Positions 57,322 to 64,000 of a stretch of 64,000 nt of DNA are shown here, piece after piece. Position 1 is the first letter of the stretch. Each line of letters opens with the position of its first letter. The translations under genes were made by a program, and so were the position numbers. The notes under the pieces are model-generated. The model saw only the letters and a list, made by a program, of their open reading frames with translations. It was not told the origin of the DNA and did not search any database. The stretch comes from the human T2T-CHM13v2.0 reference genome, Homo sapiens: the NCBI RefSeq assembly GCF_009914755.1, contig NC_060928.1. One strand, 5' to 3'.

Positions 57322-58064
57322 CTGCCTCCTAATTTCTAAGATGGCTGCAAAATGAAAGACTCCTTTTTAAAAATGCAATCCTTGCCCCGAACCAGCTCAG
57401 CAAATATTGGACTAACATAGACCAAGGGAAAGCTGTAGAAGCCTGTTCTTTAGAACCTACATCATCTAAAGTTTGAGCTTTTGCTGATTCTGATTGTTTG
57501 CCTTTGTAAGGCTGGTAAGACCCTACAATGGCTGAATTTTTCTTGTTGAGACTCCTAAGACCTCCTAGAACTTGCAAAGGCTCAGCATAGTTGTGTAAGG
57601 CTAGCTAATTCATTCAAACCATCCAGTAATCAGCAGGCAAAGTCAGTTTCAACATGGAAACAGATCACAGAACTCCTAGTACTGAAAGTGACATTTTTAG
57701 AACACATTAGTCAGTACTAAATTACAATACTCCAGGAAAGGAGTTTTTCCATGAAAATATCATAGGTGACCTAGAACTTAAAATCTTCTTGGGTATGGAG
57801 TTATTAGTTAACTTCAAAAACCATCCACATAGAACAATCTAAACTGTTGCAAACCACCAAGTTTCAACTAGAATTTTGGTGGCATTGCATTTCCCAATTT
57901 CCACTTCTTTACCAAATCTGTTTTTAACCCAATGTTTCATTTTTCTGAAGTAAAATTACCTCTATGTACCGAACCAGTATAGTTTGCAGGGACAGGCCTA
58001 AACCTTTAGAATATGAAGCACAAATGAAGAACGCGCAATGTGTGCTGTTTTATCTCTGTTGCTT

Positions 58065-58069
58065 GCTTG

Positions 58070-58101
<32 letters not shown>

Positions 58102-58385
58102 TCTAGATGGAGTCTTGCTTTGTCACCAGGCTGGAGTGCAGTGGTGTGATCTCGGCTCACTGAAACCTCCACCTCCCGGATTCAAATGATTCCCCTGCCT
58201 CAGCCCTCCCAAGTAGCTGGAACTACAGGCATGTGCCACCACACCCAGCTAATTTTTTTTGTATATTAGTAGAGACCCGGTTTCATCATGTTGGCCAGGA
58301 TGGTCTCGATCTCTTGACCTCATGATCCACCCGCCTCAGCCTCCCGAAGTGCTGGGATTACAAGTGTGAGCCACCATGCCCTGCC
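58065..58385 (-). mobile_element. AluSc
   Basis: tgtcaccaggctgg, ttggccaggatggtctcgatctcttgacctc; TSD atctctgttgctt. Confidence 0.92.
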
Positions 58386-59289
58386 ATCTCTGTTGCTTTC
58401 TAAGAGGGGGAAGCAGAAGCAACTGAGATAGACATGCCCATTTTCCTCTCCTAAACTCACCTCTTCCCCTTGAAAGGAGCGAGGAAGTAAGGATTGACCA
58501 CACATTTAACCATATAATGGAGCTTCCTCCACAAGGAAGGGCCCATTAGAAGTAGGGAAAAAGTTTGCTCTCAGCATTATGATTCCTTCCTGTCCAAAAA
58601 AATTTATGATAACAAGCTGAAGGACAACTTGGAAGTTTCCTGGGAATTTTGCTTCAAATGATTACTGATTTAATTCCCAGGTTGAATTATTTTTTTCCTA
58701 AAGGTTTTGTCCAAAAAGGAAAAAAAATAAGTTAATAAATCTGATACCAGATCACATCTAGAACATGGTTCTTTGAAAATTATAGGCCTGCTTTTGTACC
58801 AAGATGAAAGAGGCCTCTCCAGGGATTGGGAATCTCTGTTTAGATGTGGCTATAGGTGGGCTGAACAAGAAGAAATAGAGTTCCCAGGCTATGGTTTATA
58901 GGTGAGGAAATAAGAGTATGAAATCTCTAGAAAAACTTACATGATTTTTTAAACATATAGTAATCAGAGAGTTTGTCTACAGTCAGGCTTCATTTTCATA
59001 CCTCAGAGAAAAGGGATGGTTTTTAGCCCAGTTGCCTCCCACTTCTTACTGGTCCACCAAGTTTGAGAGACCTTACTGTCTATCCTTTGTAGGTGCCAAG
59101 GAGCACACAGCTTTTCTATGTTTTCTTTTAAATTTATCTCTTGTATCAATATAAGCCTGAATTTTGTTGGAGTTTTATTTTTTAATCCATTTGAATAGGA
59201 AAAGAAAAATGGTGATTAAGAGTACTCAAAAAACTGAGAAGGAAAGATTAGGTATAAAGTTTAGGTTATGAACTTCCATTAAGTGGAAC

Positions 59290-61237
59290 TGATGGAAAAG
59301 AAAGTTTGAATACAAAGATATGGGCAAAGATATTTCAGGCAAATATAAACAAAATGAAAGCAAAAGTGGCTCTATTAATATAAGACAGAACAGACTCCAA
59401 GGACAAGGTCATTAAACAGGACAAAGATTTTTACTATAAAATAATAAAAGGTGAAAGCTGAGAATAATCTATAGCCATAAAGCTTTATGCACCAAACAAT
59501 GTACCAGACAAATCTATAAATGCCTAAGAACACACAGAAGCATGTATAAAAAATGTAATTTATAGTAGTTGATAATATAATACCTTGTGCAGAATTTGAC
59601 TTATCAAGTTGACAGGGAGAGTTAGGTAAATAATATACTCAATAATTTTATTTTAATAGATATACATAGATACATATATATTTCAGAAAGAGAATTTTAT
59701 TGTGTTCTTAGAATACTTAAAAGTTGATTAACATGTATTTGCAAGAAAAAAACTTATGAATCATAGGAGATACTTTTTGAAAATCTGTGGAGCACATTTT
59801 AAATAAAATGAGTGTTTCTTGGTAGAATAAACCAAAATTGCTGTGAGTAATGGAAGAAAAAGTGAGAGAATAATAACCACAACGGGGTTGAAAAATAAAG
59901 ATAAACATGGTCTTAAAGGTAAATTATGTTCAAATTTTAAAAACAACATTCCCTATGTTGTTTAGTCTAAGTTGTAGAAAAATATGGAAAATGCCTTAAT
60001 TATAATTAGGATTCCTAGAAAACCTTAATGCCAAAGTCTGATAGATATTGTGGAAATCTCTTAATGGAGATAGAACAAATACACTTTATAAAATAATAGC
60101 AAAGCAAGTCCAGAAGTGTATTAAAAATACTACTTCACAATGACCAAGTATGAAACTGCATATGGTTACCACTACAGAGAATACCAGAATAATTGATGAC
60201 ATCAATGTGACAAAGAAGTAAAGAATATGTTTGCATCAATAGATGCTGAGATGACATTGATGAAATTCAACAACCATTTCTAATTGAAGCTCTACTTTAA
60301 ATATGAATAGAAGAAAACTACTTTAAATAATAAATCTTTCTCAAACAAAAATCAAGAGTAAATATATAAATTGTGAAATGTTAAAACTACTATTAAAATT
60401 AGGGTTATAACAGTGATACTTTTATGACTAATATTATCACTATTGTAGAAGTTATATTTAAGAAAAAATGTAAAAATTTAATACATGGTATAAATATTGG
60501 AAAAGTATGATTTTTCCAATCTGATTTTTAGCTCTACATTATACAATTATCATCTGATTCCATTAAAAGAGACTCTAGTAAAATATTTTAGAATTAAAAA
60601 AATTACAATGTTTCTTTTATAAAAATTATATACACAAAGATGAGCAGCTATCTTCTTTTTTTTTTTTTTTTTTGAGATGGAGCCTTGCTCTGTTGCTCAG
60701 GCTGGAGTGCAGTGGCGCAATCTCGGCTCACTGCAGCCTCTTTCCCCCGGGGTTCCAGCGATTCTCCTGCCTCAGCCTCCTGGGTAGCTGGGATTACAGG
60801 TACATGCCACCACACTCGGGTAATTTTTCTATTTTTAGTAGAGATAGGGTTTTGCCATGTTGGCCAGGCTGGTCTTGAACTCCTGACCTCAGATGATATG
60901 CCCACCTCGGCCTCCCTAAATTAATCACTTAGAGAAGATATCCATTCATAATAGTTTTAAAAAATATTTGGGTTAAATTAACTAAAACAGTGTAGACATT
61001 ATAAATTTCTGTAGCAGGAAATAAAATTTCCACAATAGAGAGATATAACCTATTTCTAGAATGGCAATTTCTTAAAATCGTCAAGCCTTTATAAATTGAT
61101 ATATAGTTAATATAGCCAATGGGTATCCTCATGATGTATTTTAGATTTGAACTTCTAAGTTGCTGTAAAAACCAATAATAATTTGAAAAAGTATAGTGAG
61201 GACAATTTACAAAATATTATAATTTACTATACAACTA
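59290..61237 (+). mobile_element. Degenerate old L1 (L1ME-like) ORF2 fragment
   Basis: tgggcaaagatatttcaggcaaat, tttatgcaccaaacaa and tcaatagatgctgag...ttgatgaaattcaaca. Confidence 0.7.
60652..60917 (-). mobile_element. AluS (Sx-like), missing about 35 bp of its 5' end
   Basis: Antisense Alu ending at cccacctcggcctccc. Confidence 0.9.
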
Positions 61238-63684
61238 CAGGCATACCTTAGAGATATTGGGGTTTCAGTTCCACCACAATAAAGTGAATATTGCAATAAA
61301 GTAATTCACACAAATTTTTGGTGTCTCATGCATATAAAAGTTATATTTATACCCTAGTATAGTATGCTAAGTGCAATAGCACTATGTCTAAAAAATTATA
61401 TATACCTTAATTAAAAACACTTTATTGCTAAAAAGTGCTAGTGGTCATCTGAGCCTTCAGCAAGTTGTACTCTTTTTCTGATGGAGGGCTTTTCTGCATA
61501 TTGATGGTTGCTGACTGATCGGGATGGTGGTTGCTGAAGATTGGAGTGGTTTTGGTAATTTCTTAACATGAAATGACAATAAAGTTCATTATATCAATTG
61601 ACTCTTCCTTTCATGAAAGATGCCTGTGTGGCATTCCATGCTGTTTGATAGTATTTTACCCAGAGTAGGATTTTTTCCAAATTAGAGATAATCCTCTCAA
61701 AGACTACCACTGTTTTATCAACTAAGTTTTTATAATATTCCAAATCCTTTGTTGTCATTTCAATGATGTAACGGCATCTTCACCAGGAGTAGTTTCCATT
61801 TCAAGAAATTGTTCTCTTTGCTCATCCATAAGAAACACTTCCTCATCCCTTCAGGTTTGATCATGATATTACAGCAACTCAATCCCATTTCAGACTTCAC
61901 TTCTAATTCTAGTTCTTTTGCTATTTCTACCACATCTGCAGTTACTTTCTCTACTGAAGCCTTGACCTCCTCAAAGTCATCCAAGTGGGTTGGAATCAAC
62001 TTCTTTCAAACTCCTATTAATGTTGATATTTTGACATCCTCCCATGAATGACAAATGTTCTTACTGTCATCTAGAATGATGAATCCTTTTCAGAAGGTTT
62101 TTAATTTACTTTGCCCAGATCCATCAGAGGAATCACTATCTGGGGCAAGTAAAGCCTTACAAAATGTAATTCTTAAATAGTAAGACTTGAAATTTGAAAT
62201 TGCTCTTTGATCCATGGGCTGCAGAATATCCATTTCGATTTTCAAGTATTATCAAGAATTACATTTTGTAAGGCTATACTTGGCATAGGATACAGTCCAT
62301 GAAAACAATATTAATCTCTTTGTACTTCACCATCAAAGTTCTTGGCTGACAAGGTGTACTGTTAATGACCAGTAATATTTTGAAAGAAATCTTTCTTTCT
62401 AATCAGTAGGTCTCAACACTGGGCTTAAAATATTCAGTAAACCATGCTGTAAACAGATGTACTGTCATCTAGGCTTTGTTGTTCCATTTACAGAGCACAG
62501 ACACAGTAGATTTAGCATAATTCTTAAGGTCCCTAGGATTTTAAAAACGATAAATGAGCACAGGCTTAAACCTAAAGTCACTAGGTGTATGACTCCCTGA
62601 CAAGACAGTCAGCATGTCTCTTAAAACTTTGAAGGATATGACTTCTCCTCTCTAGCTATGAAAGCCCTAGATCATGTCTTCTTCTAATAGAAGTCTGTTT
62701 TGTCTACACTGAAAACTGTTGTTTAGTGTAGTCACCTTCATCAGTGATCTTAGCTAGATCTTCTGGATAAATCGCTGTAGCTTCTTTATCAGCACTTGCT
62801 GCTTCACTTTGCACTTTTATGTTATAGAAAAGGCTTCTTTCCCTAAACTTCATGAACCAACTTCTGCTGGTTCCCAACTTTTATTCTGCAGCTTCCTCAC
62901 CTCTCTTAGCTTTCAGACAACTTAAGAGAGTTAAGGCCTTGGTCTGGATTAGGCTTTGGCTTAAGGGAAGGTTGTAGTTGGTTTGATCTTCTCATCAGAC
63001 CACTAAAATTTTCTCCATATCAGTCATGAGGCTGTTTCACTTTCTTATTAGTCCTGTGTTCACTAGAGTAGCACACTTAATTTCTTTCCAGAACTTTTCC
63101 TTTGAATTCACAGTTTGGCTGTTTGGCACAAGAGGCCTAGCTTTCAGACTATCTTGGCTTTTGACATGCCTTCCTCATTAAGCTTAATCATTTCTGGTTT
63201 TTGACTTAAAGTGAGAGACATGTGACTCTTCCTTTCACTTGAACACTTAAGTACATTGTTTGGTTATTAACTGGCCTAATTTGAATATTGTTGTGTTTCA
63301 GACAATAGACATAGGGAAGCTTGAAGACAGGGAGAGACGGGGGAATGGCCAGTCAGTGGAACAGTCAGAACACACAACATTTATTGATTAAGTTCACTGT
63401 CTTATATGGGCACAGTTTGTGGTACCCCAAAACAATTACAATAGTAATATTAAAGATCACTGATCATGGATTACCATAACAAATACATAAATTATTAAAA
63501 AGTGTGAAATATTGGGAGTTTATCAAAATGTGACAAAGAGACATGAAGTGAGCACAAGCTGTGGGAAAATGGTACAGTGCTAATGGACTTGCTGAGCACA
63601 GGATTGCCACAAACTTTCAATTTGTAACAAATGCAATATCTGCTATGTGCAATAAAGTGAGGCCCAATAAAGTGAGTATACCTG
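61238..63684 (-). mobile_element. Full-length Tigger1 (TcMar-Tigger) DNA transposon with a dead transposase
   Basis: TIR-like ends caggcatacct...agtatacctg, TA on the left flank, length about 2.45 kb. The minus-strand peptide DDFEEVKASVEKVTADVVEIAKELELEV matches the Tigger1/TIGD1 C-terminus. Confidence 0.92.
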
Positions 63685-64000
63685 TTCTTTATTCCAAATA
63701 TCATGTTAGAACAAAATAACTTCTATCAGTAGACCCAACACTTAAGGAACTTTGGGAGTCATTTTGATTTGGCAGTAGTAAATAATTTCTAGTTAAGACA
63801 GTGTCAGATTTTGTGTCCTCAACAAAGACAAAGCAAGAATGCATAAAATATAAGTAGGGAAAACTAAGAGGACATGTTTTAGGCTTAAAACTAAACAAAT
63901 ACCTCTATTAGAAATTAAAGAGAAAATAATGTGGAAATAGGATGAAACTGTAGGACTCTTTGGCTGGGTCAGAAGCAAGCAAAGGTGGCTGAGTCTTCTG

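Overview
Primate, almost certainly human, AT-rich genomic DNA. The human assignment rests on AluYb8 and AluYd8-type copies. The window is dominated by interspersed repeats, and I can support no host protein-coding exon, tRNA, rRNA or CRISPR array. Main landmarks are: a full-length but inactivated L1PA2-like LINE-1 (29835-35886, 13-bp TSD) whose antisense ORF0 is still intact; a complete two-LTR MER4A1 provirus (40013-48536, CCTT TSD, tRNA-Arg-like PBS) inside an ancient L1MC-type element, itself carrying nested L1PA8, MER11 and AluYd8 insertions; a full-length Tigger1 DNA transposon (61238-63684); and many solo LTRs, Alus, L2, MIR and MER fragments. The most unusual signals are small templated rearrangements: a ~115-bp diverged direct duplication dropped into a palindromic TA/CA patch, a ~60-bp inverted duplication inside Tigger1, and a 9-mer in the L1 tail that is the reverse complement of a mutation cluster in the same L1. 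An ancient RTE-X/L4-like RT remnant is also visible by hand translation. All subfamily names come from remembered consensus sequences and need RepeatMasker/Dfam confirmation. I found no convincing new biological system.
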